Source of the DNA: Takakia lepidozioides
Lineage: Eukaryota > Plantae > Bryophyta
Direction: 5' to 3'
Length of the DNA stretch: 64,000 nt
NCBI GenBank assembly: GCA_030704615.1
Contig: CM060732.1
Location: forward strand, 41,292,001 to 41,356,000
Shown: in pieces, positions 61,849 through 64,000 of the stretch
How positions within the stretch are numbered: position 1 is the first letter of the stretch
How the letters are laid out: every line of letters begins with the position of its first letter
Translations under genes and position numbers: made by a program
Notes under the pieces: model-generated
What the model was told of the DNA's origin: nothing
The model's input: only the letters and a program-made list of their open reading frames with translations
The model's database searches: none

Positions 61849-64000
61849 TGTCATGGTTTTAGTCATGGTTAACTAGAATTACCTACTTCTAGTTAACTAT
61901 TTTGGATATTTATAATTTTGTGTGTTGGGACTTCATTTGGTCTCACATGCCAAGTGAGGTGTCAAACCTCACTTGGGACATGGGGATGGATTTTCCCCTT
62001 GTGAGTGTTGAGGAGGGCTCATCTTCTTGTAGTTGAGTCTCCATGAGCCTCTCTCACCTCCATAGCTCTAGGTATTGAGAAGAAGTGTGGTGAGGGCTTT
62101 GTAGGGTGGATTCCCTTAGCAAATGTGCCCTTGGCTTGACTTAGTTTATGTGATTGAGTAGATTCATGAGTGGAGTGTTTCCCTTGTGTTCACTTTCATT
62201 ATCACTACAAGAAGATGACCTTATGCTTGTGAGTGCGGAGTGTAAGGGTTAGTTTAGCACTTGTGTGTTGAAGAGCTTGGGAAGATAGCTCTTGTGTTGC
62301 AAGGTGTTGCATATATTGCAAAGGAAAATCCTTGTGGTGTTAGGGCTTTGAGAGATATTGCTTTGCCCTAAGGAGGTGGAGAGCTCAAAGATGGAGCTCT
62401 TGTAGATCACAAAGGTTGCAAGGAAAGGTACTTGTGGTGTTACACCAAGGTGTTGGGGAGCTCAAGAAGGAGCTTGTTTGCCACAAGATTTGCAAGGTTT
62501 GCAAGAGGGAAGTCTTGTGTGTGTGGAGAGCAACTAAAGGATTGTTAGTGCTCATTTCACTATCAATCTAGGGTTAAGCAAGGTCAATTGTGGATGTTGT
62601 GGAAGAGAAGCCAATGAGCTACATAGGCTTGGGCTTAAAGACAACAAAGGCAAGCACTTGGAGAGCATTATGAAGCTCAAAAGGTTTGAAGGGAAGCATA
62701 TGGGTGAAAATTCTATCCATGATGATGTGAAACCAAGCCTAAAGCATTAAAGAGCTTGGAGCACATGTATAAGATCATTGGAGGTGGTCTTCATGAAGAA
62801 AAGAGATTGTGGCTCAAGGCATGCATAGCAACTTCAACCATACATTAGCAGGTGACAAGACAAGGAAGGGGAAGGTGAAGCTCATGTATTCATTCCCTTT
62901 TGGCTTAAGTTCTGTGGTGGATGGTTGATCAAGCAAGTGATGCTTATGTGGAGCATGCTTCCCAAGTGTGGCTTCCAACTTCAAGCTTGAAGAGAGCTAG
63001 AAGGTGAAAGGAGCAAGTTGATTCCCTTGTGTATGAGGTGATGCATGTGTGGAGCATGCTTTTGGCTTGAGCTTTGCAATTTCAAGCTTGAGAGGAGTGG
63101 CTCTTGAGCTAGCAAGTGAAGGGAGCTTGAATGACCAAGGCTCGAGAGGAGAAAGGCTTGGTGGCTTGCCTAAGGAGGTACAAGCTTGATTTTGAGTTCC
63201 AATGAGAAATTGAGCTTGTTGTGTGGCCAATGCATTGCTAGTTGAGTTGGAGACAAACTTGAGTAATTTAAGGTGAAGAAGATCAAGGGAATTTGCCTTG
63301 GTACCCCATAGAATTCATGGATGCTTGAGGGGATTAAGCATAGAGCCCCAAGGAGCACAAACCCTAGCTTGGTAAGGCTAAACCTCAAGCAAATAGAGGG
63401 GGAAGTGGCTAAAGCTTAGGGGGAAATGGCTAAACCCAGGGGGGAAATGAACTATTCTATGAGGGGGAAATGGCTATTCCTAAGCAGGGATGCCTCGGCG
63501 TGAGCCTGGTCACGTGAGCGCGTGAGCGCAACTGCGCTAATGCCACGTCACTTTGCGCAAATGCCACGTCACGGGGCTCACTCCACGTCATCACACGTGA
63601 AGGCCGCGTCACCACGCGCCCAGAAAGAAGTGGAGTGTATTCCCGCGGATTGGCACCCTTTACCGCGGAAACAAGCTGGACGACATAATAAAAGGCATTG
63701 AATAAAGGATGGATGAATGTACAGTTGGATGATAAACAGATGGATGAGTGTGAAAAATGAATGTAGATGGATGAATGAGGGATGGATAAGAGTAAAATGG
63801 ATGAATGTATAATGGATGTTGAGCAATGACAAAAATTCATGACATGAAGATGCATGACCAAAACTTTTGACGAATGCACAACGTATATGAAATGAGTGTG
63901 GAAGGTTTGTGGGGTGGATTAAAGAGTACAGAGGATGAATGTACAATGGATGTTGAACAAAGGAAAAAATTCATGAATGGAGCACGCATGAATGCACTGT
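61849..64000 (-). mobile_element. Probable long LTR of an LTR retrotransposon running off the window
   Basis: Abrupt composition change at TGTCATGG (61849). Purine-biased low-complexity sequence with recurrent GAGCTTG, clustered CCACGTCA motifs at 63540-63610 and GATGGATGAATG repeats. No coding domain inside the window; the strand is inferred. Confidence 0.5.

Overview
Eukaryotic nuclear DNA from a land plant. A non-seed lineage is my inference from gene content; the species cannot be read from the sequence. Seven host genes can be modelled, five spliced with GT-AG introns in consistent phase and two intronless: a purple acid phosphatase (+), an intronless DAD1-like phospholipase A1 (-), a NECAP adaptin-ear-binding protein (+), mitochondrial pyruvate dehydrogenase E1-alpha (-) head-to-head with an LHW-family bHLH gene (+), an intron-containing arsH gene with an N-terminal extension (+), and a small intronless plant protein gene (+). 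The rest is rich in transposable elements: Tourist and hAT MITEs with target-site duplications, a CCCGGG-TIR element, tRNA-derived SINEs, two short LTRs carrying heat-shock-element cores, an L1-type fragment, and a large LTR-like sequence at the right edge. Three things stand out. (1) A decayed ~8.9 kb non-LTR retrotransposon encodes both an APE and a restriction-like endonuclease (Dualen/RandI type), plus a chromo-like domain and a PCIF1/CAPAM-like adenine methyltransferase domain, with a 1.2 kb internal inversion. (2) This element and a tRNA-derived SINE family share a 3' three-way-junction RNA structure whose stems differ in sequence while the junctions are identical. (3) arsH sits between two ~2.2 kb direct repeats, each containing the last exon of the LHW gene and the sequence upstream of the next gene. 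All assignments come from reading motifs by eye; no database searches were run.
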